Shown here: positions 39,260 through 53,774 of the stretch, piece after piece
Numbering within the stretch: the stretch's first letter is position 1
How the letters are laid out: the number at the start of each line of letters is the position of its first letter
Source: Heptranchias perlo
Lineage: Eukaryota
DNA length: 64,000 nucleotides
Reading direction: 5' to 3'
Assembly: GCF_035084215.1 (NCBI RefSeq)
Contig: NW_027139442.1
Span: 1,550,001 to 1,614,000 of the forward strand
Made by a program: the position numbers and the translations under genes
Notes under the pieces: generated by a model
The model's input: only the letters and a program-made list of their open reading frames with translations
Database searches by the model: none
Told to the model about the DNA's origin: nothing

Positions 39260-42200
39260 TTCAGCAGTTTACAAAAATCTTATTCCAGCTGATTTGTAGA
39301 ATCTCATGTGTTGGGGTTTGAATTGTGAAGCGGATTTTCTCCGCCAGTTTTACCGTCTCACAGAGACTCTCACCCTGAATCTGTGAAAAGGTTATGACCA
39401 TGAACTGGGACTGGAGCCGAACACATCCCCAGTTACGGTGTGGCCTGGACACCCCATTCTCTCTGTTTTATATCAGACAGTATTCCACCTTCAAAAACAG
39501 CACTCGAGAGAGAAAGCGAGACACACACTGTCAGTCTTACACTTCCTATCAGTATGTTCATAACACGGTTAATAGCAGTATCCAACCTTCATATACAGCA
39601 CCGGAGAGTGAGAGAGAAAGGGAGACAGATACTGTGACAGAACGAGCGGAGAGGCACAGTGCAACAGTATCAGTTCCAGACTGACTTGTAAAGTTGCGTT
39701 TTATCCAGAAATTCCCGTTGTAGAGACAGAAGATGCAGTCTTGTCTCTCACTGATATACCAGAGACGGACACACTATTCATCCCACACTCAGGGACAGTG
39801 CAGAGAGTGACCAAAACAATGTGGGCCGAATTTAACCCTCTCTTGCCTGTTGTACTACATTCGGTTTTGCAGATCAGGGCCGTTCGCTATTACTCTCAGT
39901 GACCGAGAGTTTCAATCTGATTATATTAATATGGGACTGTTGCTGTCAGATATTAATCCTACACGCTCCCAGCAAATACACGGACTCCGACTTTCATCCC
40001 ATTTTTCTCCAGGATTGGTTTGAGAAATCCTGCATCCAGTTTCGGAGTCACACGTTAATTAATGGTTAATGGGGCCAAAAATGAACAGAATCCATGGGCT
40101 CTTTTCAAAACGTCCCACTTTATCTATGAAAGACTATTACCATCAAAAGATACCGAGAGAAACAGCAGGGATGGAAACATCGAGTTTAATAGTTAGAGAT
40201 TGTAAAGTCAGTCTGGATTCCAGCGTTCGGCACTGGTGGAATCCCATCTGTTTCCCATTCTGGTGCCTGTTCCTGCACTGCCTGTGGACCCCATTCCCTC
40301 TGACCTTTCCCCCAGTCCCACTTCCTTTGCTCAGACTCTGAAAAATTCCAATTGGAGAAAGTTTCTATCGATTTTTGTATTGGGAATTAAACCAGATATC
40401 TGCGCATGCGTGACTCAGCGCCGCCCCCCGCGCTGCTTGTTGGTGAGCGGAAGAGCGCATGCGCGATCCCCTCCCCCTGCTCGGCCTATTGGGGCCATTC
40501 CCTCAGTGAGCGGAAGAAGATGGTTTAAAACAGCCGAGAATGGAGTGATCACGGCCCCCGGGGGAAGGGAGCAAAGAGCAGCCTCGTTACAGCAGCTCAT
40601 CGCTTCGGGACCGTGTCCGCAGATGGACTCAGAGATCGGTATTGAGTCCGGGGGAACGTCAGGGGAAGTCCGGGGGCTTTTCATAAGAGGCGGAATGGAT
40701 CAGGAACTTGTCCCGGAACATGGAGTGAGAGGGGGAAGGGAGAGGTCATTCTCGGGCTGTGGGTGTGCAGGGTGTGTCCAGGGGAAGGGAGACAGAATGG
40801 GAAGAAACTGCTATTTAAAATCATTGCTGCTTTCTCTCCCCAGACCAGTAGTGAATGTTCCAGGTTTAGTTCCAGTCTCACCCTGTTTGTTGTTTTTGGA
40901 GAGTGAAGATTGGAAACAGAGTCGGACAGTAATGATGTGTGGACTTATACAAAGAGCATCTATTGAAGGCACCAGGTGAGAAGTGTGAAGGACACAATTT
41001 AAACAACTGCTGTTATATTTCTGTTGAAAGGTTATTCTCCTGGGAGAGGGAATTAGAAACCTGACCTGTACAAAGTCCCCGCCCCATCGGGTAGTCCCAT
41101 TCATGGATCAGTGCAGGGGTTGGGTTGAGTCTGGATGTCACTAAATTGTTGTAAAACAGCCCAACACACCTGGTGTGCAGAAGCTGAGTGCTGCAGTACT
41201 GCAGTGGAGTCAGACACTGACACTCTTTGTATCGCTGATTTACATAATTATCATTAACAGAGCTATTAAACTTATCACTTTTGTATTTTCCACCTCACTG
41301 GTTCTGGAGTTACAACAGTTACTTTTTTCTTCTGACAGAAAAATACTTGAAGGGCCAAGAATAAATGTGATGCTTCCTCCATCCTAGGCACAAGGAACAG
41401 TGCAGCCAGCTCCTCCTCACACACAGTAGGTACGTTATCATTCACGGAGACACAGACAGGTCATCAGTTCCACAGTCTCAGACAGCAGAAGCAGTCAGTC
41501 ACAAACTGATCCCAATATCCGGAGGCACATTTTCAATCCAACACGGAAACAGAGCAGGTGAGGCAGACGCTGTTTCCATTTCCCCCTAACTCAGTACCAC
41601 TGACAGGTAGATACAAAAATCCCAGTCCAAAATCATGCTTTAAGATTGTCAATCCCACAGTAGGTTAACAGTAGCTACGAATTAAATACCAGATAGTAAT
41701 CACACATGGTGCCCGATTGAAAGGTACGGAATGAATTGCAATAATTTAACCCGAGATTCAAATTGAATACTTGACCAGAACTCTCACACACATGTGAGTT
41801 TAATGCATGTCGTATCCATTCGAATAGTGTAGCATGAGATACAAATTGCATACTGGTCCAAAACTCTCATCCAGTGTCAGATTGAGAAATGCTGTGACAG
41901 CGTAACATGAGAAACAAATTAGATATCAGTTTATAATGCAATCATGGTATGAGATTTAAAGATACAGTATTAATTCTATTAGTGCAGACTGAGATACACA
42001 TTACACAGCAGTCCAAAAATGTAATCATATCAGTTTGAAAGATACATTATCATTCAAATTTGTGTTCAGAGATACAGATTTAATCATAGTCCAAAAAGCA
42101 CACAAATTATCTGATTAAAAACCTCCAGCATCTTATCCGAAAGTGCATCCATATTTACAAATTAAATAATGAGAAAAACTATTTAAACATTAAGATATTA

Positions 42201-42460
42201 AAGCTAAATTATTGAACGCTATAATACAAACAGAGAGAATAATTTTACAGACACAGAATGAATCCCACACTCGCAAACTGTACCAGAGACTGAGACATGC
42301 AGAAGGAATCTCAAACTCACATACAATACCAGAGACTGACAGATACAAAAAGTGAATCCCACACTCACACACAGCACCAGAGACTGACAGGTAAAGTATG
42401 AATCCCACACTCACACAAGCTACCTGAGACTGAGATACAGAAAGAATCCCAAACTAACCT
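39260..42460 (+). repeat. Third copy of the duplicated block (H1-less), same orientation as 56500-61620
   Basis: 39260-39480 ~ 56505-56717; 39480-42350 ~ 58750-61650. Confidence 0.85.
40400..41560 (+). ncRNA. Putative spliced non-coding/short-ORF transcription unit, copy B
   Basis: GCGCATGCG at 40402 and 40455; donors after 40724, 40975, 41425, 41557; acceptors ending 40848 and 41338. Confidence 0.4.
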
Positions 42461-42499
42461 ACAGTATGAGAAACTGCATATGTGGAAATAATACAACAC

Positions 42500-43555
42500 A
42501 CACACACAGCACTAGAGAAGGTATATACAGACAGAAACCCACACACAGTACCAGAGAAGGTATATACAGAGTGAATCCCACACACAGTACCAGAGAAGGT
42601 ATATACAGAGTGAATCCCACACACAGTACTAGAGAAGGTATATACAGAGTGAATCCCACACACAGTTCTAGAGAAGGTATATACAGAGTAAATCCCACAG
42701 ACAGCACGAGAGAAGGTGTATACAGAATGAATCCCACACACAGCACTAGAGAAGGTATATACAGAATGAATCCCACACACAGCACAAGAGAAGGTATATA
42801 CAGAATGAATCCCACACACAGTACTGGAGAAGGTATATACAGAGTGAATCCCACACACAGTACTGGAGAAGGTATATACAGAGTGAATCCCACACACAGT
42901 ACTGGAGAAGGTATATACAGAGTGAATCCCACACACAGTAATAGAGAAGGTATATACAGATTGAATCCCACATACAGTAATAGAGAAGGATAATACAGAG
43001 TGAATGCCACACACAGTAATAGAATAGGTATGTACAGAATGAATGCCACACATAGTACCAGAGAAGGTATATACAGAGAGAATCCTGCACACAGTACCAG
43101 TAAAGGTATATACAGTATAATTTCCACACACAGTACCAGAGAAGGTGTATACAGACTGAATGCCACACACAGTACTAGAGAAGGTATATACAGAGTGAAT
43201 CCCACACACAGTACTAGAGAAGGTATATACAGAATGAATCCCACACACAGTACTAGAGAAGGTATATACAGAGTGAATCCCACACACAGTACTAGAGAAG
43301 GTATATGCAGAGTGAATCCCACTCACAGTACTAGAGAAGGTATATACAGAGTGAATCCCACACACAGTACTAGAGAAGGTATATACAGAGTGAATCCCAC
43401 ACACATTACTAGAGAAGGTATATACAGCATGAATCCCACACACAGTACTAGAGAAGGTATATACAGAGTGAATCCCACACACAGTACTAGAGAAGGTATA
43501 TACTGAATGAATCCCACTCACAGTACTAGAGAAGGTATATACAGAGTGAATCCTG
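42500..43555. repeat. Homogeneous 39-bp minisatellite
   Basis: gagaaggtatatacagagtgaatcccacacacagtacta repeated ~27 times. Confidence 0.95.
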
Positions 43556-44334
43556 CACTCACATAGAGTACCAGAGTGTGACAGATACAGAATCTATCCC
43601 ACAATCACACACAGTACCAGAGACTGAGAGATCCCAAATGAATCTCACAGTCACCTACATTAGTACAGGCTGATTTACACTTAACATACCAGACCAAATA
43701 TCTCATAATGTCAGATTGAAAGATACATTATCAATTCCATTGGTGCAGACTGATCTACACATTACATATCACTACAAAAAAACTGACACAGATTCAGACT
43801 GAAATATACAGTATTCCATTCACACAGACTGAGCTACACATTATATACAAGTTCAAAAATGTCACCATATCAGTTTGGAAGACACACCAAATCACAATTG
43901 TGTTTCCATCGATACAGATTTAATAGAATTCCAAAAAGTGCCCACATTCTCTGATTATAACCTGCAACATTACATTTTGAAGTGTATCAGTATCTACCAA
44001 TAAAAGATTGGGGAACATATTCATACATTAAGGTATTAAAGTACAGTTTTGAATGCCGTACAATAAACGGAGATACAATTTACTTAAATATAATGAATGA
44101 ATCTCACACTCAGATACAGTGCCAGAGACTGACATGTACAATGAATCCCATGCTCACACAACGTACCAGTGACTGGCAGATCCAGAGTGAATGCCGCACT
44201 CACACACTGTGGTACAGACTGACAGATACAGAATTTATATCACTCACATACTGTATCAGAAATTAAGAGGTATGGAATGAATATCTCACTCACTTACAGC
44301 ACCAGATACAAACAGAAACAGAATGAATCACTCA

Positions 44335-44344
44335 TACACGCGCG

Positions 44345-44384
<40 letters not shown>
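44335..44384. repeat. (CG)n(CA)n microsatellite
   Basis: Direct reading; alternating purine-pyrimidine. Confidence 0.9.
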
Positions 44385-44385
<1 letters not shown>

Positions 44386-44699
44386 CCAGAGACTGATAGG
44401 AACACAATTAATCCCACACTCACATACAGTACCAGTGATTGAGAGATACAGAATGAATCCCACACTCGCACACAGTACCAGAGACTGACAGATACAGAAT
44501 GAATCCCACACTCAAACACAGAACCAGAGACTGACAGATACAGAATGAACCCCACACCCACACACAGTACCAGAGATTGACAGATACAGACTGAATCCCA
44601 CACTCACACACAATACCAGGGACTGAGAGATAAAGAATTAATCACACACTCACACACAGTACCACCGATTGACAGACACAGAATTAATCTCACAGTCAT

Positions 44700-45480
44700 G
44701 TTACTGCAGACTGAGTTGCACATCAGATACCAGTCCAAAAACCTCATAGTGTCTGATTGAAAGATGCAGTATCAATTCCATTAGTGCAGACTGAGCTACA
44801 TTTTATATACATTGCAAAATACTCATACAGTATTATACTGAAACATACAGTATCAATACCATTGGTACAGACTGAGCTACACGTTACACACAAGTCCAAA
44901 AACCTCATAAATGATCAGACTGGAAGATGTAGTTTCAATTCTATTATCACAGACTGAGACACAGATTACATGGCAGTCCAACAATCTCATAAATGATGAC
45001 TGGAAGATACAGTATCAATTCTATTAGCACAGACTGAACTACAGATTACATATCAGTCCGAAAATCTCATACAATATTAGGCTGAAAGATACAGTATCAA
45101 TTTCATTAGTGCAGACTGAACCACACATGATATAGCAGTCCAAGAATCTCAAAGAGTATCAGACTCAAAGATACAATATCAATTCCATTAGCACAGACTG
45201 AGGTACATGTGACACACCAGTCCAAAAATCTCATAGAATATCACATTGAAAGATTCAGTATCACTTCCATTAGTGCAGACTGATCTACATCTCACATTCC
45301 AGGCCAAAAATCTCATACAGTATCAGACTGATAGAGACAGTATCCACTCCTTTAGTGCAGGATGAGCTACATTTAATACCAGTTCAAAAATCTCATACAG
45401 TGTTCGACTCAGATACAGAATTAATTCCATCAGTGCAGACTGAGCTGCACACTACATACCAGTCCAATAATTTCACTGTG
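44700..45480. repeat. Tandem array, ~82-bp unit
   Basis: tgaaagatacagtatcaattccattagtgcagactgagctacacattatataccagtccaaaaatctcatacagtatcagac, diverged. Confidence 0.85.
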
Positions 45481-46025
45481 AACAGATTGAAAGGTACATT
45501 ATCATTCACAATAGAGTTCAGAGATTAAGATGTGATCCCACTCCAAAACTCACACACGTTGTTTGATTGAAGAAAATTAATATTTACAGATTAAATACAC
45601 GATGAAGAACTATATCATTTAAAGTGTTAAAGATACAGTTTCAAATACAATGCTGTAAACTGAAATAAGAATACAGAATGAATCCAGACTTGCACATTGT
45701 CTCAGAGACTGAATTACAGAATGAATCCCAAACTGAGATAAAGCAGCAGAGAATGGCAGATACAGAATGTATCCCACACTCAGATGCAACACCAGAGATT
45801 TACAGATACAGAATGTATCCCACACTCAGACACAACACCAGAGATTGACAGTTGCAGAGTTAATTCCACACTCACACATAGTACCAGAGACTGACTGATA
45901 CAGAATGAACCCATCACTTATATGCAGTACCTGAAACTGACAGATGCAGAATATACCCCATGCTCACACTCAAAAACAGAGTCTGACAGATGCAGAATAA
46001 ACCCCACCAGACACAGTACCAGAGA

Positions 46026-46057
46026 CTGACCTCTACTGGACGTAAGCGAGAACTGTA
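46026..46057 (-). promoter_or_regulatory. Putative CTCF site (paralog of 12893-12924)
   Basis: Reverse complement TACAG-N13-CCAGTAGAGGTCAG. Confidence 0.5.
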
Positions 46058-46539
46058 AAAGAGCGGAACCAATTCACATTTCCTGTCGTGGTTACAGAAA
46101 CAGGACAATGTGCAATGTGAGGAAAGTTTCTGTCTGTAACTTTTATTCTCGTATTTTTGCACATTTTGATAGTGAAAAATGAAGTCAATTGATTCATAAT
46201 AATTTTTTTGTTTTACTCATTCGATAGTTGTGAATTTGACCCATTATTTTTCACTTACATTGTGTAGTATTTCTCTCTAATTTCTCAGGATGATTTACAT
46301 TGCTCCTCTGTCCCGTTTAGACTCTTAATTTCCAAGCAGTATGTGGCCTCCTTAATCCCCCTGGCAAAATGCACCAGCTCACACCTTTCTATATTGAAAT
46401 TCAATGGCCATTTACACGGCCGTTCTGCAAGCTGATTTTGTCGTAGTCTTCCTCGATATAGACAATATACCCGAAATTAATTACAAGAATTTAAAACAGC
46501 GTTGCAAGTAGTGTTTGGTCCAACAGCTCGTCTCCATTC

Positions 46540-46745
46540 CCAGTTTTTCTAAATCCCACTCGTGCAATATAATGTGAAGAATGAGTTGATCTTCTGTCCC
46601 TCTCTCAACTGCAAACTTCAATGATCCGGGATTTGGGGACATCTACTGGCCGGAAGCAGAACTGCAACAGTTCGGAACAAATTGCTGAAACCGGACAATG
46701 TGCAGTGTGAGCGTGTTTGTGATTGGTGCCAGGTACTAAATCAGA
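46540..46745 (+). promoter_or_regulatory. Orphan distal H2B-promoter segment with CTCF-like site (46635-46666); H2B gene absent
   Basis: Matches ~1840-2043, then switches to exon-2 sequence of the repeated unit. Confidence 0.8.
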
Positions 46746-47779
46746 TTTTTTTTCTACCTGCCCTGTTTGTGATTGAACAGTAAACAGAGCCGGACAGTAA
46801 GGATGTGGGGAGTTATACAAAGAGCATCTATTGCAGGCATCATGTGAGAAATATGAAGGACACATTTTAAACAGCGGCTCTGTGGTTTTGGTTGAACTGT
46901 TAGCCCCATCATGGAGAGGGGATTAGAAGCCTGACCTGTGCAAAGGTCCCCGCCCCATCGGGTCGTCCCATTCATGGATCAGCGAAGGTGTTGGATTGTG
47001 TCTGGATGTCACTAAATTGTTGTAAAACAGCCCAACACACCTGGTGTACAGAAGCTGAGTGCTGCAGTACTGCAGTGGAGTCAGACACTGACACTGTTTG
47101 TATCACTGGTTTTCATTTGTGGATATTACAATGATTATTAACAGAGAGATTCAATTGATCACTTTTGTATTTTCTACCTCACCTGTTCTTGAGTTATAAG
47201 ACTTAATTTCTCTTTCTACAGGCAAATACTTGAAGGACCCAGAATCAGTGTGATCTTTCCTCCGCAAGGAACAGTGCAGCCTGCTCCTTCTCACACACAG
47301 TATGTACATTATCACTCACAGAGCACAGAGACACAGACAAGTCATCAGTTCCACAGTCTCACACAGCAGAAATAGTCAGTCCCACACTGATCCCAATCCA
47401 ACAGTCAAACAGAGCAGGAGAGACAGACGGAATTTCCATTTCTAAACAACTCAGTACCGCTGACCGGCAGATAAATAATTCCCAGTCCAAAATCACACCC
47501 AGTATCAGATTGAAAGGCATTGTGTTAATCTCACATTAGTTCAGCCTTAGCTACAAATTAAATACCAGTTAGAACTGACACATGGGACCGATTGATAGAT
47601 ACAGAATGAATCACAATAGTGTACCCCGAGATTCAAATTAAATACCAGCCCACAACTCACACACATTATGAGTTTAAAGATGCAGTATTCATGCCAATAG
47701 TGTACACTGAGATACAAATTAGATACCAGTTCAGATGTTACCCATATTTGACTCACATATATGTCCACAGACTTCATAG

Positions 47780-48835
47780 TGTCAGAATGAAATGTACAGT
47801 GTCAATTCCTTTACTGCAGACTGAGGTACACATTAGATACCAGTCCAAAATTCTCATACAGTATCAGATTGAAAGATACAATATCAATTCCATTAATACA
47901 GATTGAGCTGCTCATTATATACCAGTGCAAAATTCACATGCAGAATCGTACTGAAATATACAGTTTCAATTCCTTTACAGCAGACTGAGGTACACAGTAG
48001 ATGCCAGTCCAGAAATCACATTCAGTGTCAGACTGAAAGACACAGTTTCGATTTGACTCGTATCGACTGACCCACACGTTACATGCCAGTATACAAATCT
48101 CACACAGTATCAGACTGAAAGATACAGTATCAATCCCATGAGTGCAGACTGAGCGACACATCATATACTGGTCTAAAAATCTCAGTGACAGGTTGAAAGA
48201 TACAGTATTAATTCCAACAGTGCAGATTGAGCGACACATTATATATGGTCCAAAATTCGAATACAGTATCGTAATGAAAGATACAGTATCAATTTCATTA
48301 CTGCAGACTGAGGTACACATTTGTTACCAGTCCAAAATTCTCATACAGTAACAGATTGAAAGATGCATTATCAATTCCATTAGTGCAGACTGAGCTACAC
48401 ATTACATAGAGTCCAAAAATCACATTCAGGGTCATGCTGAAAGATACAGTATCAATCCCAGTATTGCAGACTGAGCCACACCTTACAAACCAATCAAAAT
48501 ATATTACACGGTATTAGACTGAAAGGCACAGTACGAATTCCATTAGTACAGACCCAGCTACATATTGTATGCAGTCCAAAATTCGTATATACATATTATC
48601 ATATTGAAACATACAGTCTGAATCCTATTAGTGTAGACGAAGCTACACATTGCAAACGATTCCAATAATTACTTCAAACTCATGCTGAAAGGTATGGCAT
48701 CAATTCCATTATTGCGGACTGAGTTATTCCTGACATACCAGTCCAAATATAGCACAAAGTGTCAGCCTGAAAGATAAAGTATCAATTCCATTAGCGCAGA
48801 CTGAGCTACACAATAAATACCAGATCAATAATTTC
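47780..48835. repeat. Tandem array, ~82-bp unit
   Basis: Same family as 44700-45480. Confidence 0.85.
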
Positions 48836-49039
48836 ACGGTAAAATATCGAAATATACATTATCATTTGCAATAGTCTTTCAAGAGATTAAGATGTAATCC
48901 TACACCAAACCTCACACATTGTTTGATTGAAACAAAATACAGAAGTGTATCCATATTTAAAAAATAATGCTGGACAAAGGACCGTGCAAACATTAATGAA
49001 GTAAAGATACAGTTTCAAGTAACATGCTGTATCCTGAAA

Positions 49040-49520
49040 TAAGAATACAGAACGAATCCAGACTTGCACTTTGTCCCAGAGACTGAGTTACAGAATGAAT
49101 CCCACACTGAGATAAAATTCCAGAGACTTCCAGTCACAGAATGAATCCAACACTCACAGACAGCACCAGAGACTGACAGATACAGAATGAATCCCACACT
49201 CACACACAGTACCAGAGACTGACAAATTCAGAATTGATCCCACACTCACACAAAGTACCGGAGACTGACAAATTCAGTATTAATCCCACACTCACACAAA
49301 GTACCAGAGACTGACAGGTACAGAACGAATCCCACACTCACACAAAGTACCAGAGACTGACAGATACAGAATGGATCCCACACTCACACAAAGTACCAGA
49401 GACTGACAAATTCAGAATGAATCAAACACTCACATACAGTACCAGAGAATGACAGATAGAGAATTAATCTCACACTCACAGACAGTACTGGAGGCTGACA
49501 GATACAGAATGAATATACAG
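49040..49520 (-). repeat. 46-bp satellite (reverse orientation)
   Basis: cagaatgaatcccacactcacacaaagtaccagagactgacagata repeats. Confidence 0.9.
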
Positions 49521-51672
49521 TCTGACATCGACTGGCCGTAAGCGAGACCTCGAACAGAGTGGAACAAATTCACATTGTCTGTCGTTACAGAAACAGGACA
49601 AAGTGCAATGTGAGGAAATAGTTTCTCTCTGTAACTTCTACTCTGTTTTTTAAAAATATTTTGACAGTGAAAAATTAAGACAACTGACTCATAATAAAGT
49701 TTTTGTTTTGTTGATTCAAAAGTTGTGAATTTGCCCCATTATATTTCACTGTACATTGCGCAATATTTCTGTCTGATTTCTCAGGACATGAATTAGATTA
49801 ATTCAAATAAATCGAACTAAAACACAAATAAAAACTGAGCACAAAGCTGGAAGTTTTAATGGCGACCGTCAAAAGTGAAAGGGATAAAATAGAGAGAAAA
49901 AAATACCAAAAATGCTGGAAAGACTCAGCAGGTCCGGCAGCATATGTGGAGAAGGGAAGCTCGGGTTAACGGTTCAGGACTATGACCCTTCAATAGATCA
50001 GAAAGGTTAATCCGGCATAGTTTAAATAAGGGACGGGAATCAGCAGAGAGAAAAAACTTCAGAAAATCTATTAATTTCACTGAATCCGGGCAATTGTTTC
50101 CCGTGTCCACTGTACAGATCAGTGTAAATAATAATACAAAGGGAAAGAGTTAAATTCAAAGTTATGGTGGAAAGAAATGACCTTTCAAAGTATTTTAAAA
50201 ATATAAATAAGACCCGTTTGTGTTTTGGAAACACTATCCCTCTGAACATCATCAAATTCGGTTCCAGTCTTGGTGATTCTGAATTCAGCGTGCTGGGATT
50301 CAAACCTGTTGGAATGAACTGTTTGGAAGGGAGCTCTGCTCACCATTATAGCGCCTTATTTCACTAGGAGGGAAAAATCGAGTGTTTCTGTGGAGTTTGG
50401 GTTTGGGGTTTCTGGTACTTTAATCATAGACAATAAATAGTTTCCAAACATCCGCCCCTGAACAGACACAAAAAGCTGGTAGAATTTCTCATTCATAGAT
50501 ATTAAATAAGAGGATGGCAAAAGCGAATAGGAAGAGGTTATGAAGAAGTCACAAAAACAATTAGGGAAGCAAACAGCAACTACGAAATCAAATTATCAAG
50601 GAATATAAAAAGAAATAGTAAATTATTCCACAGACACAAAAATAACAAAAGGAAAACCAGAATAGTTTGAGTGCCACTAAGGGATGCACAAGATAAACTC
50701 ACAGGTAATGTCAGCGAAATGGCAGAAATATTGAATTGTTACTTTGCCTCAGTATTTACCAGGGAGATTAACAGGGTAAATATGATATAGAGGAAGAGGT
50801 CAATAAAGATATCAAGACATTTAAGTTAGAAAGGGTGGTTAAACTGGTCCAGATGGATTGCATCCGCACGTATTAAATGAAGCAAGGGAAGAGATAGCAG
50901 AGGCACTGTTACATATATAGAAAAAAAATCATCACAAAAACGAATAGTGCCAAAGGGCAGGATGATAGTTAATGTGATTCATATATTTTGAAACAGGAGA
51001 TAGAACAAGTCCAGGGAACTATAGGGCAGTTAACAAAAGGTCGGTGGTAGGAATGATCATGGAATCTTTTACTCAATGAAGCAATCGAAAAACATCTAGA
51101 AACCGAAAATATAATAAAGAATAGTCAGCACGGATTTCAGAAAGGGAAGGTTTAACAGTTTGACAGAAGGTTTGAAAGTTTAAATTACAGTTCAACATAA
51201 CTTATCTGCTTTTCAATTCTATTCCTCCAGAAATATACCCCAGTGCTGTGTTTGCTTTCTGTGGCCTCATCAACCTGTGTTGCTACTTTTAATGATTTGT
51301 CAATCTGTACCCCGAAATCCCTTCGCTCTTCTACCACATTTAGACTCTTATTTTCCAAGCAGTATGAGGCCTCCTTATTCCCCCGAGCAAAATGCACCAT
51401 CTCACACCTTTCTATATTGAAATTCAATGGCCATTTACACCGCCTTTCATCAAGCTTATTAAAGTCTTCTTGTATTTTGTTGGATTCTTCGTCAGTATAG
51501 ACTATACACCCTAAATTAATTACAAAATTTAATACAGCATGCAACCAACATTTGGTCCAACCAAATGTTTCCAATTCCCAGTTTTTCTAAATCCCACTCG
51601 TGCAACATAATGTGAAGAATGAGTTGATCTTCTGTCCCTCTCTCACCTGCAAACTTCAATGTCCCGGGGTTT

Positions 51673-51704
51673 GGGGACATCTACTGGCCGGAAGCAGAAC
51701 TGCA
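51673..51704 (-). promoter_or_regulatory. Putative CTCF site upstream of H2B
   Basis: Identical to 1933-1964. Confidence 0.6.
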
Positions 51705-51966
51705 ACAGTTCGGAATAAATTGCTCAAACCGGACAATGTGCAGTGTGAGCGTGTTTGTGATTGGTGGCAGGTATTAAATCTGATTGGTTTCTTCAGATAT
51801 CCAATCAGAGAGTGAATGGAAAAGGTGACGTTGTATCACTCCGAATGACCCAATCACAATCAATGCCTTCCTCCATCCGTCATTAGCATCGGGCTGTGGG
51901 GCTGCCTATTTAATCCGAGTTCGGAGCGGATTTGGGTCATTCCTGGGTCTGAAATTGAGTTTGAAA

Positions 51967-52341
51967 ATGCCTGAGGACAAGAAAGCAGCTCCCAAGAAGG
52001 GCGCCAAGAAAACCTTGAGTAAAGCACCAGCCAAGGGCGGCAAGAAGCGGAGAAAGTCGAGGAAGGAGAGTTACTCCATCTACATCTACAAAGTGATGAA
52101 GCAGGTTCACCCCGACACCGGCATCTCCTCCAAGGCCATGAGCATCATGAACTCCTTTGTGAACGATATTTTCGAGCGCATCGCGGGTGAGGCTTCCCGC
52201 CTGGCCCATTACAACAAGCGGGCGACCATCAGCTCCCGGGAGATCCAGACCGCCGTGCGCCTGCTGCTGCCCGGGGAACTGGCCAAACACGCCGTATCGG
52301 AAGGGACGAAGGCGGTGACCAAGTACACCAGCTCCAAGTAA
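51967..52341 (+). CDS. H2B: Histone H2B (124 aa)
   Basis: [12 protein letters not shown]...YTSSK; ATTAGCAT and TATTTAA upstream. Confidence 0.98.
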   Translation: MPEDKKAAPKKGAKKTLSKAPAKGGKKRRKSRKESYSIYIYKVMKQVHPDTGISSKAMSIMNSFVNDIFERIAGEASRLAHYNKRATISSREIQTAVRLLLPGELAKHAVSEGTKAVTKYTSSK

Positions 52342-52375
52342 AACTCCACAATGCACTGAAAAAAATGAACACAAA

Positions 52376-52391
52376 GGCTCTTTTAAGAGCC
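52376..52391 (+). terminator. Histone 3' stem-loop
   Basis: GGCTCTTTTAAGAGCCACCCA. Confidence 0.95.
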
Positions 52392-53294
52392 ACCCACAGT
52401 CTCTCTGAAGACGCTGTAACGACCCCTCTGTGTAGAATCATTTTACTGTAGAATGTTTGATACTAACTGTTTTTCTCTAACTCTTGTGCTTTTCTAATTT
52501 CTCTTGAAATCTAGTAGATTCTCATCATCACTGCCGGTTATAATCTGTGTGTTGCTTTTTTATTTAGTCCCAATAACCAAAAACGTGTCACTGATCCTCT
52601 CGTTCTCGTTCATATTCCGACCCTTCCCGGCTACTGCCCATTAAGAGCCGTTTTAAGGGGGTGGATTAGACTTCAGTCATTTTTTTCTCATTTTCACGTT
52701 TGTTTGTTCATTATTCGGGAATATCACTTTCAGAACCGCAATCCTTTGTAAAGCAACAGCCTTGAAAGAGACTTCACACCGAGTACAGAATAGTCTAAAG
52801 GATCTGTTACTGTTCGACTCCTTGCACCAGGAGTCCCGGCTCCGGTTTCGATCGCGATGCAGCTCCTGCGAACAGGGATCAATCCACAATCTGTCGTTTG
52901 TTCCTTTCACAAAGATTGAGCTGGAATCTGTCTCGTTACAAAATGGGTCTTTATTCCCGCCCGATTGAACATGAACGGTTAATGAAGCCGGATTTTAACC
53001 GGAATGTATAAGGTTCTGGAAGTTGTGACGGGAAATGTGGAACAACAGAGTAAAAGGAGAGAGATATTTAAATTTTTGTCTTTCGCGACATTATTTACTA
53101 AATCCGATTCTTGTGTTACAGAAATATTGGCGGGCTTTTCAAATTTCAAAAAAACGGTTCAGTTCGGTATTTTCCGTCCTTTTCTCATTCGGTGAATAAA
53201 CGGCTCTCTGATTGGGCTGTTCGTTGAACCAATGAGATTGAGAACAGATGGACCAATCACAAGTGCCCCCACTGCACTCCTCCAGAAGGTATAA

Positions 53295-53744
<450 letters not shown>

Positions 53745-53774
53745 AGCGGCCAAGATTTAACCTGATAACCCAAA

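Noticed and set aside
40236-40979. 247-aa ORF with paralogs at 17532..18104 and 59525..60091
   Set aside because: Non-ATG start, runs through a GC-rich promoter and a predicted intron, frame broken in copy C, no recognisable domain
42454-43521. 355-aa, 287-aa, 175-aa and 168-aa ORFs
   Set aside because: Products of a stop-free 39-bp tandem repeat; no gene context
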